From NCBI GenBank assembly GCA_963754315.1, contig CAVWFS010000018.1, positions 416,001-480,000 on the forward strand: 64,000 bases of DNA, read 5' to 3'. Shown here in pieces: positions 1-8,806 of the stretch. A program made the translations under genes and the position numbers. The DNA comes from an uncultured Candidatus Rokubacteria bacterium. GTDB lineage: Bacteria > Methylomirabilota > Methylomirabilia > Rokubacteriales > CSP1-6. Under the pieces are notes generated by a model. It was not told the DNA's origin and ran no database searches. It worked only from the letters and a program-made list of their open reading frames with translations. How positions within the stretch are numbered: the first letter of the stretch is position 1; each line of letters begins with the position of its first letter.

Positions 1-4
1 GGCC

Positions 5-1297
5 GTGGTCGTGCCTCTCAACACGCTGATGTCCGGACCCGAGTACGCGTTCATTCTCAACGAGAGCCGGGCCCGAGTGGCCATCGTCGACGACGACGTA
101 CTGGCGCGAATCGTGGCCGTGCGAGGCGGGTGTCCGTTCCTCCGTCACGTCATCGTGAATGGGCGGGCGGCCGATGATGCGCTCGAATGGGAGGATGTGC
201 TCGCTCACGCCCCTGCCCGTCTCGACCCCGCTCCCACCGCGCCCGAGGACGTGATGTACTGGGGCTACACGTCGGGCTCAACCGGGCGCCCGAAGGCGGC
301 CGTTCATAGCCATCAGGACTTCGTGGCCGCGGCGGACCTGGTCGGGGTTGCCGTCTTTGGCCTCGGCCCCGACGACCTGGTGTTGTCGGCCTCCAAGATG
401 TACTTCGCCTTCGGCCTCGGGAACTCCCTGTACTTCCCGGCGAGAGTGGCGGCCGCCTCGGTGCTCGTGCGTGAGCGGCTGCCGGCCGACGCGCTGCTGA
501 CCACCATCGAATGCGAGCGGCCGACGGTGTTCTGTGCCGTACCCACGCTGTACGCCCGCATGCTGCAGGTTCCGGGGCGCCACGACCTCTCGTCGCTGCG
601 CTTGTGCGTCTCGTCGGGCGAGGCCCTGCCGGCGGTCCTCGTCGACGCCTGGCAGGAGCGATTCAGTCTTCCCCTGATCGACGTGATGGGTTCCACCGAA
701 GCGCTTCACGATTTCATCGCCAGCCGTCCGGGCGCCCTCCGACGGGGTGCCATCGGCCAGATCGTGCCCGGCTTCGAGGCTCGTCTGATCGATGACGAGG
801 GCCGTCCGGTGGAGCCGGGACACATCGGGCACCTGCTCATCAAGGGGCCGACCACATCGGCCTACTACTGGCATCGTCGGGAACGAACGCGGCAAGTCAT
901 GCTGGGTGAGTGGATTCGCACTGGCGACATGCTGTGGCGGGACGGCGACGGCTACTTCTATTTTGCGGGACGCGCCGACGACATGATCAAAGTTGGCGGG
1001 CAGTGGATTTCACCGAGCGAAGTGGAAGCCCGCCTGGTCGAGAACCCCCTCATCTTGGAGGCGGCCGTGGTCGGTCGCGAGGACGAGGAGGGCCTCATGA
1101 AGCTGGAGGCCTTCGTGGTGCCCAAGACCGGTCAGCCCGTGGATGAGGCGGCGCTCAAGACGTGGGTTAGATCCGGCCTCGCCGGCTACAAGGTTCCCCG
1201 CTGGATCACCCTCGTCACCGATCTTCCGAAGACCGCGACCGGAAAGATTCAGCGATTCCGTCTCCGGCCTCCACCTGGGCATGCGCATTGTTCTTGA
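5..1297 (+). CDS. Benzoate-CoA ligase family acyl-CoA synthetase (5' end outside the window)
   Basis: AMP-binding loop YTSGSTGRPKAAVHSH, FAFGLGNSL, GSTEALH, TGD, GRADDMIKVGG and C-terminal LPKTATGKIQR. Confidence 0.85.
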   Translation: MVVPLNTLMSGPEYAFILNESRARVAIVDDDVLARIVAVRGGCPFLRHVIVNGRAADDALEWEDVLAHAPARLDPAPTAPEDVMYWGYTSGSTGRPKAAVHSHQDFVAAADLVGVAVFGLGPDDLVLSASKMYFAFGLGNSLYFPARVAAASVLVRERLPADALLTTIECERPTVFCAVPTLYARMLQVPGRHDLSSLRLCVSSGEALPAVLVDAWQERFSLPLIDVMGSTEALHDFIASRPGALRRGAIGQIVPGFEARLIDDEGRPVEPGHIGHLLIKGPTTSAYYWHRRERTRQVMLGEWIRTGDMLWRDGDGYFYFAGRADDMIKVGGQWISPSEVEARLVENPLILEAAVVGREDEEGLMKLEAFVVPKTGQPVDEAALKTWVRSGLAGYKVPRWITLVTDLPKTATGKIQRFRLRPPPGHAHCS

Positions 1298-1774
1298 CCG
1301 GGTGGCGCAGACCTACGTTGATCGGCGTGGGAACAGCTGCATGCCCTCGATCGCATTACCCTCACCGCCGCCGACGAGGAGTTCGTGGCGCTCCTCGGCC
1401 CCTCCGGCTGTGGCAAGTCCACCCTGCTCAACATCGTGGCCGGGGGGTGCGCGAGGCCGATCCGCTCCTCGTCCGGGCGGCGGTTGCCTTCGGAGCCCGG
1501 CGCGTGGGCGTGATCCGCAAGGTAATCCTCCCGTCGGCTCTCCCCATGATCTTCGCGGGATTGCGTCTCGGCGCCGGCACCGCCCTTGGTGCTGGTGGCG
1601 GCCGAAATGATCGCTGTTGAGTCAGGCATCGGCTTCCTCGTGTTGCACGCAGGCAACATCATGGCCACCACCAAACTCATGGTGGGCATCGTCGTGCTTT
1701 CGCTGCTCGGCCTCCTGTCGAATTGGGGGTTGACACGCCTCGAGCGCGTGGCCATCCCCTGGCGGCGGGGCTGA
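1281..1774 (+). pseudogene. Remnant of an SsuB/TauB-type ABC ATPase N-terminus joined to the C-terminal half of an SsuC/TauC-type permease
   Basis: ATG at 1281 (MRIVLDRVAQTY), frameshift, then [21 protein letters not shown] (Walker A). It runs directly into [18 protein letters not shown]...VILPSALPMIFAGLRLG, then a frameshift to VLVAAEMIAVESGIGFLV (permease). Confidence 0.8.
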
Positions 1775-1804
1775 GCCACCCCGGAACCTGCTCCTTCCAC
1801 CTCC

Positions 1805-1813
1805 TGTTACAAT
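1805..1813 (+). promoter_or_regulatory. Putative extended -10 promoter element (TGTTACAAT)
   Basis: TGn-TACAAT about 36 nt upstream of ATG 1850. Confidence 0.4.
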
Positions 1814-1849
1814 GTCAAGCAGTCTGTCGAAAATCAGAGAAGAACAACC

Positions 1850-2413
1850 ATGGCCCGGCTGATCACCCTCGGTACGCTCCTCTGTCTGCTGGTGGCGAAC
1901 GCAGTTTCGGCCCAGGACAAGGTGAAGGTCGGGGTTCTCAAGCTGACGTCCTCGGCGCCGCTGTTCGTCGGCGTGGAGAAGGGATTCTTCAAGGAATTCG
2001 GAGTCGATCCCGAACTGGTCTACTTCCAGGCGGCCGCGCCCATTGCCGCGGCCCTTGCCGCGGGGCAGATCGAGGTGGGCGCGACCGGCCTCACGGCGGC
2101 CCTCTATAACATCGTGCTGGGAGGCGAGCAGATCTGGATCGTCGCCGACAAGGGTCGCGAGTGGCCGGGCTACCCGCTCACCGCACTCGTCGTCCACACG
2201 GACCTCTACGAGCGCGGCACGCGGTCGATCAGCGACCTCAGGGGCAAGCGGATCGGGATCACCCAACTCGGCTCGACCTTCCACTATCAGCTTGGCAATA
2301 TCCTGGACAAGTTTGACCTATTGCTGGCCGACGTGAAGCTCGTGTCCCTGCAGGCCATGGGGGCGGCCATGGAGGCCCTCAAGGGCAAACAGGTCGATGC
2401 GCTCAAGGACTGA
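1850..2413 (+). pseudogene. Truncated SsuA/NMT1-THI5-like ABC substrate-binding protein
   Basis: Signal peptide, then SSAPLFVGVEKGFFKEFG and DLRGKRIGITQLGSTFHY. It stops at 187 aa, while family members are typically over 300 aa. Confidence 0.7.
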
Positions 2414-2491
2414 CGGTGAACGAGCGGTTGAGAGACCGGTGAGGGTGTCGGGGAAGAACGGCGGGCGCTCGCCGCGCCGACGATTGCCCAC

Positions 2492-3994
2492 ATGATCCAC
2501 AAGGTGCTTGTGGCCAATCGGGGGGAGATTGCCGTGCGTGTGATGCGCGCCTGCCGCGAGCAAGGGCTGGCCACGGTCGCTGTCTTCTCGGAGGTGGACC
2601 GCGAAGCCTTGCATGTGCAGCTGGCAGACGAAGCGTATCCGATCGGCCCCGCTCCGGCCCGGGAGAGCTACCTCGTCATCGACAAACTCGTGGCCGTCGC
2701 TCGGCTGGCAGGCGCGGACGCCGTGCATCCCGGATACGGCTTCCTGGCCGAAAATGCGCACTTTGCCGAGGCCTGCCAGGCGGCAGGGCTTACCTTCATC
2801 GGCCCCCCACCGTCGGCCATTCACGCCATGGGGGACAAGACGAGAGCGCGCCAGCTTGCCCGCCGGCTTGGGGTGCCCATGGTGCCCGGGACATTGCAAC
2901 CCCTCACCTCGGACGAGGAGGCGCGTACGCTCGCGCGTGAGGTTGGCTTTCCTCTCATGGTCAAGGCGGCCTTGGGGGGTGGTGGTAAGGGAATGCGGCT
3001 CGTCCAGCGCGAGACAGATTTGACCGACGCCCTCCGCTTGGCCCGCGCCGAAGCGCAAGGGGCCTTCGGCGACGCGGCCGTATACCTGGAGCGCCTGGTG
3101 GTCGATGCGCGGCATATCGAAGTCCAGATCCTGGCTGACACTCACGGCAGGGTGATCCACCTCGGCGAGCGCGAGTGCTCGATCCAGCGTCGACATCAGA
3201 AGCTGATCGAGGAATGCCCAGCACCCGGGGTAGATGCCGCCATGCGAGAGCGCATGGGGGAGGCAGCGTGCCGACTCGCGCGGGCGGCTGGGTATGTGAA
3301 CGCCGGAACCGTGGAATTCCTGGTCGACGGATCGGGCCACTTCTACTTCCTGGAGATGAACACCCGCCTTCAAGTCGAGCACCCCGTCACCGAAATGGTG
3401 ACCGGCATCGATCTCGTCCACCAGCAGCTTCGGATCGCGGCGGGTGAGCCGCTGGGATACACGCAGCCCGACATTAGCTGGCGTGGTGCGGCCATCGAGT
3501 GCCGCATCAACACCGAGGATCCCTTCGCGGGATGGCTGCCGTCACCCGGCACCATCACTGGGCTGAGGCCGGCAGCTGGCCCCGGAATTCGCGAAGACGC
3601 CGGGGTGTACGAGGGTTTCACGGTGCCGGGTGACTACGACACCCTGATGAGCAAGCTCATCGCGTGGGGCGCTGACCGCCCGGCCGCCATTGCCCGCATG
3701 GGGCGCGCGCTGGCGGAGTACAGAGTGGCGGGTGTCCGCACGACAATCCCGATCCTGCGGCAGATCATTGCCCACGAGGACTTCCGGGCCGGGCGACTCT
3801 CCACGAATGTCCTCGAGCGCCTGCTGCCGGGGTTGCAGGCGGCCGAGGATCGCCACCGCTCGATCGCCGTCCTGGCCGCCGTCCTGTCAGAGTACGAGCG
3901 TCGGGGGCACGCCAGCTTGCCGGCGGTGACCATGGGTGACGGTGCGGTCTCCGCCTGGCGCAGTGGCGTCCGCTCCAGCTGGATCCGCTCGTGA
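2492..3994 (+). CDS. accC: Acetyl/propionyl-CoA carboxylase biotin carboxylase subunit
   Basis: VLVANRGEIAVR, HPGYGFLAEN, GGGGKGMR, ECSIQRRHQK, EMNTRLQVEHPVTE. Confidence 0.9.
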   Translation: MIHKVLVANRGEIAVRVMRACREQGLATVAVFSEVDREALHVQLADEAYPIGPAPARESYLVIDKLVAVARLAGADAVHPGYGFLAENAHFAEACQAAGLTFIGPPPSAIHAMGDKTRARQLARRLGVPMVPGTLQPLTSDEEARTLAREVGFPLMVKAALGGGGKGMRLVQRETDLTDALRLARAEAQGAFGDAAVYLERLVVDARHIEVQILADTHGRVIHLGERECSIQRRHQKLIEECPAPGVDAAMRERMGEAACRLARAAGYVNAGTVEFLVDGSGHFYFLEMNTRLQVEHPVTEMVTGIDLVHQQLRIAAGEPLGYTQPDISWRGAAIECRINTEDPFAGWLPSPGTITGLRPAAGPGIREDAGVYEGFTVPGDYDTLMSKLIAWGADRPAAIARMGRALAEYRVAGVRTTIPILRQIIAHEDFRAGRLSTNVLERLLPGLQAAEDRHRSIAVLAAVLSEYERRGHASLPAVTMGDGAVSAWRSGVRSSWIRS

Positions 3995-4491
3995 AGTTCG
4001 TGGCGACCATCGGGCCTCGAACCGAGATGGTCGAGGTGACGGCTGAAGCCGGACGCTACCGGGTGACGATCGGGGACGACATCTGGGACGTGGACGCGCG
4101 CCTCACCCGCCAGGGTATCGGCTCGCTGCTCGTGGACGGGCACTCGTATGTGGTCCAGATAGCCAACCACGAGGGTCTCTGCGCGGTGGAGGTCAGGGGC
4201 GAGACCTACACCGTCGCCGTAGAGGAGGCCACGCGTCACGTGATCCGCACGCGAGGCGGTGCGATCAAGAACGGGGACGCCCAGACGGTGAAGGCGCCCA
4301 TGCCGGGCAAGATCACTCACGTCGCCGTCCGGGTAGGGGACCGGGTGGCGCTGGCCGATACCGTCGTGGTCATCGAGGCCATGAAGATGGAGAACGAGCT
4401 GAAAGCAGTGGCCCCGGGCACGGTGCGCGAAATCCGCGTTGGGGCCGGGCAAGCCGTCAATGCCGGCGACGTGCTGGTGGTCATCGAGTAA
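3991..4491 (+). CDS. Biotin carboxyl carrier protein
   Basis: APMPGKI and biotinylation motif [12 protein letters not shown] overlap with the upstream gene. Confidence 0.92.
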   Translation: MKFVATIGPRTEMVEVTAEAGRYRVTIGDDIWDVDARLTRQGIGSLLVDGHSYVVQIANHEGLCAVEVRGETYTVAVEEATRHVIRTRGGAIKNGDAQTVKAPMPGKITHVAVRVGDRVALADTVVVIEAMKMENELKAVAPGTVREIRVGAGQAVNAGDVLVVIE

Positions 4492-4493
4492 GT

Positions 4494-5237
4494 ATGGCCT
4501 CTTCTGCCGCTATCACCTTCACCAACGTCAACAAGCACTTCGGGACGTTGCACGTGCTGCGTGACGTCACCCTGTCGATCGCGACCGGCGAAGTGGTGGT
4601 GGTGTGCGGCCCGTCGGGCTCTGGCAAGAGCACCCTCATCCGATGCGTGAACGGGCTCGAGAACATCCAGGAGGGCGAGATCACCGTGCTCGGGCAGTCC
4701 ATCACCCGCGACCGGATCAATCTTCCCAAGCTCCGAACCCACGTCGGCATGGTGTTTCAGTCCTTCAACCTCTTCCCTCACATGACCGCGCTGCAGAACA
4801 TCATGCTGGCGCCCATGAAGGTCCGGGGCGCCTCGCGAGCCGAGGCGGAGCGTAGTGCGCGGGCGCTGCTGGAGCGGGTCGGCATTCCCGAGAAGTTCGC
4901 GAACTATCCCGCAAACCTCTCGGGAGGGCAGCAGCAGCGGGTAGCCATTGCACGGGCCCTGGCCATGCAACCGCAGATCATGCTCTTCGACGAGCCAACC
5001 TCAGCCCTCGATCCCGAGATGATCAACGAGGTTCTTGACGTCATGACCCTCCTTGCTCGGGAAGGGATGACCATGATGGTGGTAACCCACGAAATGGGTT
5101 TCGCGCGGCGGGTCGCCGACCGGGTCATCTTCATGGACGGCGGGGTCGTCGTCGAGCAGGCCGATCCCCAGACGTTCTTTGCCGCCCCGCAATCGGAGCG
5201 TGCGAAGCTGTTCCTGTCAAAAATTCTCACACACTGA
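4494..5237 (+). CDS. Polar amino acid ABC transporter ATP-binding protein (GlnQ/GltL-like)
   Basis: [35 protein letters not shown]. Confidence 0.95.
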   Translation: MASSAAITFTNVNKHFGTLHVLRDVTLSIATGEVVVVCGPSGSGKSTLIRCVNGLENIQEGEITVLGQSITRDRINLPKLRTHVGMVFQSFNLFPHMTALQNIMLAPMKVRGASRAEAERSARALLERVGIPEKFANYPANLSGGQQQRVAIARALAMQPQIMLFDEPTSALDPEMINEVLDVMTLLAREGMTMMVVTHEMGFARRVADRVIFMDGGVVVEQADPQTFFAAPQSERAKLFLSKILTH

Positions 5238-5249
5238 CGGAGGTCCTTC

Positions 5250-6104
5250 ATGAGACGCGCACTGGCAATCCTACTCACATTGGCGCTGGGGGTGAGCCTC
5301 GCGGCGCCGGCGCTAGCCGAGACGACCCTGGAGAAGATCAACCGCACGGGTGTCCTCACCATCGGGACCCGGACGGGATCGCCCCCCTTTGCCTATGTCG
5401 ACAAGAACAACGAGTGGGTGGGGTTTACCATCGACCTCGTCGAGCAAGGTGTGATGCCCGCCATCGCCAAGAAGCTGGGCAAGCCGGTCAAGCTCGAGAA
5501 GAAGGAGTCGACACCGCCCACGCGTATCCCGCTCCTCTCCTCGAACGCGGTGGATCTCATCGCGGGCACCATGACCGATACCCCCCAGCGGCGAGAGAGC
5601 GTGGACTTCAGTCTCACCTTCTTCCTGACCGGCGCCCAGTTCATGGTGAAGAAGGGGAGCCCCATCAAGAGCATCAACGACATCGCCGGCAAGCGCATCG
5701 CCGCCCAGCAGGGCTCCACCAATGCCAAGATCGTTCGGGAGAAGGTCCCCACCGCCATCCTGCGCGAATTTCCCGACCAGCCCGCCGCCTTCCAGGCTCT
5801 CATCCAGGGTCAGGTTGATGCGTTCACCAACGATGGCATCCAGCTGTTCGGCCTCAAGGCCAAGGCGCCAAACCCGAACGACTTCGAGGTGGTCGGTGAT
5901 TTCTACTCCCAGGAGCCCTACGGGATGGCCATGCGAAAGGGCGACCCCGAGTTCAAGCAGGTGGTCGATGCCGGACTGAAAACCCTCCTGGAGTCGGGGA
6001 AGTATTTCGAGATCTACGACAAGTGGTTCGGTCCCAAGAGCGAGGTGCCGTACCCGATGAGCCCCGAGACAAAGAAGTTCCTCCTCGCTCAGATCGGCAA
6101 GTAG
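5250..6104 (+). CDS. Amino acid ABC transporter substrate-binding protein (GltI-like)
   Basis: GGAGG RBS, signal peptide, SBP family 3 motifs (SPPFAY, RRESVDFS, QQGSTN, EPYGMAMRKGD). Confidence 0.93.
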   Translation: MRRALAILLTLALGVSLAAPALAETTLEKINRTGVLTIGTRTGSPPFAYVDKNNEWVGFTIDLVEQGVMPAIAKKLGKPVKLEKKESTPPTRIPLLSSNAVDLIAGTMTDTPQRRESVDFSLTFFLTGAQFMVKKGSPIKSINDIAGKRIAAQQGSTNAKIVREKVPTAILREFPDQPAAFQALIQGQVDAFTNDGIQLFGLKAKAPNPNDFEVVGDFYSQEPYGMAMRKGDPEFKQVVDAGLKTLLESGKYFEIYDKWFGPKSEVPYPMSPETKKFLLAQIGK

Positions 6105-6132
6105 TAGCGGGCGGACAGCGCCGGCGCGGCAC

Positions 6133-6852
6133 GTGAACTACTCGTTCACGTGGAGTGTGCTGTGGACGGGCCAGTCGGGGCACTGGCTGCTGCATGGAGT
6201 CCTTACCACCTTGGCGCTCTCGGTATTGGCCTGGGTCCTCGCCGTCGTCCTTGGGCTGACGGCGGGGGCCCTGCGCACCGTACCGTTCCGGCCGTTGCGC
6301 GCGGCAGGAACGGCCTATGTGGAGTTTTTTCGCAACGTGCCGCTCATCGTCTGGATGTTCTTCTGGTACTTTGGCGTGCCGCCACTTCTGCCCCTGGCCC
6401 TCCAGGACTGGCTCTTCAGCCACGGCGCCGAGTTCTGGGCGGGTACGTTTGCCCTCGGCGTCTATCACGGAGCCCGAATGTCCGAGGTGATCCGCTCCGG
6501 CATTCTCTCCATTCCGCGCACCCAGTTCGAGGCGGCCCAGGCCATGGGACTCACCACATGGCAGGCCTATCGGCTGGTGATCCTACCCATCGCCGTCCGG
6601 CTCATCGTGCCGCCCGCCACCAACGAGTCGCTCAATATCCTGAAGAACTCCTCGGTCGCGCTGACCATCAGCGTCCCCGAGCTGACCTTTCAGACGCGCC
6701 AGATCGAGACGTACACGGCCAAGGCCATCGAGGCCCTGACCGCCGGGACCCTCATCTATCTCGCCATGTGCCTCTGCATTGCCTGGATCATGGCTCGCGT
6801 GGAACGGCGGATCGCCATTCCCGGCATGATCGCCCGCGGGGGTGGCGGTTGA
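6133..6852 (+). CDS. Amino acid ABC transporter permease
   Basis: YVEFFRNVPL and EAA loop QFEAAQAMGL. Confidence 0.93.
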   Translation: MNYSFTWSVLWTGQSGHWLLHGVLTTLALSVLAWVLAVVLGLTAGALRTVPFRPLRAAGTAYVEFFRNVPLIVWMFFWYFGVPPLLPLALQDWLFSHGAEFWAGTFALGVYHGARMSEVIRSGILSIPRTQFEAAQAMGLTTWQAYRLVILPIAVRLIVPPATNESLNILKNSSVALTISVPELTFQTRQIETYTAKAIEALTAGTLIYLAMCLCIAWIMARVERRIAIPGMIARGGGG

Positions 6853-7520
6853 TGGACCTCACGGTCATCGCCCACAACTGGAAATTCCTGATCCTTCAGG
6901 GCTTGTTGGGGATCGGCAACTTCGCGGGGGGCACCTTGCGATTGGCCATCCCCGCCATCGTCCTCGGCTTCCTGTTGGGCATCGTCATCGGGCTGGCCCG
7001 GCTGGCCCCGTCAGCGGTGGTACGGGGAGTGGCCACCGCCTACGTGGAGTTCTTCCGCGGTGTGCCACTGGTCATGGTGATCTTCTGGATGTGGTTCATC
7101 ATCCCTCAACTGCTCCGCCTGCCTATTCCGGAGTACGGGGTGGCCCTCACGGCCTTCGTCATCTTCGAAGCCGCTTACTTCGGCGAGATCGTGCGCGCGG
7201 GTGTGCAGTCCGTGCCGCGGGGGCAGGTAGAGGCTGCCCGCGCGGTGGGGCTCACCGGCGCTCAGACCATGCGCGTGATCGTCCTGCCGCAGGCCCTGCG
7301 CAACATGGTGCCCTCGCTGGTGACCCAGATGATCGTGCTGTTCAAGGACACCTCCCTGGCTTCCATCATCGGATACGTCGATCTCACCAAGGCCGCCCAG
7401 ATCGTCAACAATCGCGAGATCAAGCCCTTTCAGCTGTACCTGTTCATCGCCATCGTGTACTGGCTGTGCGCCTATTCCATGTCCCGGATGGCGCGTCGGC
7501 TGGAGAAAAAGACCGCGTAG
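6852..7520 (+). CDS. Amino acid ABC transporter permease
   Basis: ATG at 6852 overlaps the upstream TGA. YVEFFRGVPL, GQVEAARAVGL, KDTSLASIIG. Confidence 0.92.
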   Translation: MDLTVIAHNWKFLILQGLLGIGNFAGGTLRLAIPAIVLGFLLGIVIGLARLAPSAVVRGVATAYVEFFRGVPLVMVIFWMWFIIPQLLRLPIPEYGVALTAFVIFEAAYFGEIVRAGVQSVPRGQVEAARAVGLTGAQTMRVIVLPQALRNMVPSLVTQMIVLFKDTSLASIIGYVDLTKAAQIVNNREIKPFQLYLFIAIVYWLCAYSMSRMARRLEKKTA

Positions 7521-7597
7521 CCGTGCGGGCGGCCATCACACTACTGCCGAGGCTGGGCCTCGTGGCGAAAGGCGAGGTATCATTCACCCATTCGATC

Positions 7598-8806
7598 ATG
7601 CGCTATCGCCTGACTGCACTCGGCGTCGTGGCGGGGCTGATCCTCGCCGCCGCGGGATGCCAACGAGACAACCCTGCAACCGCCGCCCAACCCTCCAAGC
7701 CGGCCACGGCTGCGCCCCGGCCCGTGCGTCTCGTTGCCGTCGCGCTCGACAAGGTGCCGCGTACGGTGGAGGCCACGGGGACCCTCGTTGCCGACGAGCA
7801 GGTCGTGCTGGGGACGAAGGTGCCGGGGCGGCTCCGGGAGATTACGGTTGACATGGGCACTCGGGTCCAGAAGGGCCACGTGGTCGGCCGTATCGATCCC
7901 GGGGACTATCAGCATCGGCTCGAGCAGTCGGTGGCAGCCCTCCAGCAGGCACGCGCCCGTCTGGGCCTCTCGCCCGACGGGACCGATGACCGGGTCGATC
8001 CAGAGCAGACGGCGATCGTGCGCCAGGCGCGTGCCGTGCTCGACGAGGCAAAGCTTACCCTGGACAGGATGACCCGGCTGTGGGACCAGCAGCTCATTGC
8101 GCGCGCTCAGCTCGACTCGGCCCAGTTCGGCCTGCAGGCGTCGGAAGGGCGCTACCAGGACGCACTGGAAGAGGTGCGCAATCGCCAGGCCGTCCTGGTC
8201 CAGCGCCGGGCCGAGGTGGATCTGGCTCGCCAGCAACTCACGGACACCGCGCTTGTGTCTCCGATCGATGCCGCCGTCAGTCAGCGGCAGGCGTCGGTCG
8301 GTGAGTACCTGGGAGCGGGCGCGCCCGTGGTCACCCTGGTGCGCACGCATCCCCTGCGCCTGCGATTGTCGTTGCCCGAACGAGAGGCTTCATCGGTGAA
8401 GATCGGGCAGACCGTACGCGTCAGAGTGGAGGGGGATCCCAACGGCCACCAGGGGTCGGTGGTGAGGCTCTCACCTCAGATCGCCGAGCTGAATCGGACC
8501 CTCTTGATCGAGGCCGAGGTACCGAACGAGCGCGGGCTCCTGAGGCCCGGGGCGTTCGCCCGGGCGGAGGTGATCACCCAGATCGACCAGCCGATGGTGA
8601 CCGTCCCGGCCTCGGCAGTCGTCGTCTTTGCCGGGGTCGAGAAGGTCATGAGCGTCAAGGATGGGAAAAGCGTGGAGATTCGGATCCAGACCGGACGCCG
8701 TCAGGGTGAACGGGTTGAAGTGGTGGCGGGGCTGCAGGGAACCGAGCTGATCGTGGCCCAGCCGGGGAATCTGGCCGGGGGGCAAGCAGTCACGGTGGAG
8801 AAGTAG
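7598..8806 (+). CDS. RND efflux membrane-fusion (adaptor) lipoprotein
   Basis: MRYRL...LAAAGC lipobox, lipoyl/coiled-coil/beta-barrel MFP pattern (LRPGAFARAEV), directly upstream of the RND permease. Confidence 0.9.
   Translation: MRYRLTALGVVAGLILAAAGCQRDNPATAAQPSKPATAAPRPVRLVAVALDKVPRTVEATGTLVADEQVVLGTKVPGRLREITVDMGTRVQKGHVVGRIDPGDYQHRLEQSVAALQQARARLGLSPDGTDDRVDPEQTAIVRQARAVLDEAKLTLDRMTRLWDQQLIARAQLDSAQFGLQASEGRYQDALEEVRNRQAVLVQRRAEVDLARQQLTDTALVSPIDAAVSQRQASVGEYLGAGAPVVTLVRTHPLRLRLSLPEREASSVKIGQTVRVRVEGDPNGHQGSVVRLSPQIAELNRTLLIEAEVPNERGLLRPGAFARAEVITQIDQPMVTVPASAVVVFAGVEKVMSVKDGKSVEIRIQTGRRQGERVEVVAGLQGTELIVAQPGNLAGGQAVTVEK

Noticed and set aside
6150..8806. Long N-terminal extensions of ORF-track calls (6150, 6842, also 15079, 30354, 40277, 51537, 53980, 56847, 57314, 57967)
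   Set aside because: They mostly overlap upstream genes in another frame. Internal starts with RBS or stop/start overlaps fit the family lengths better.
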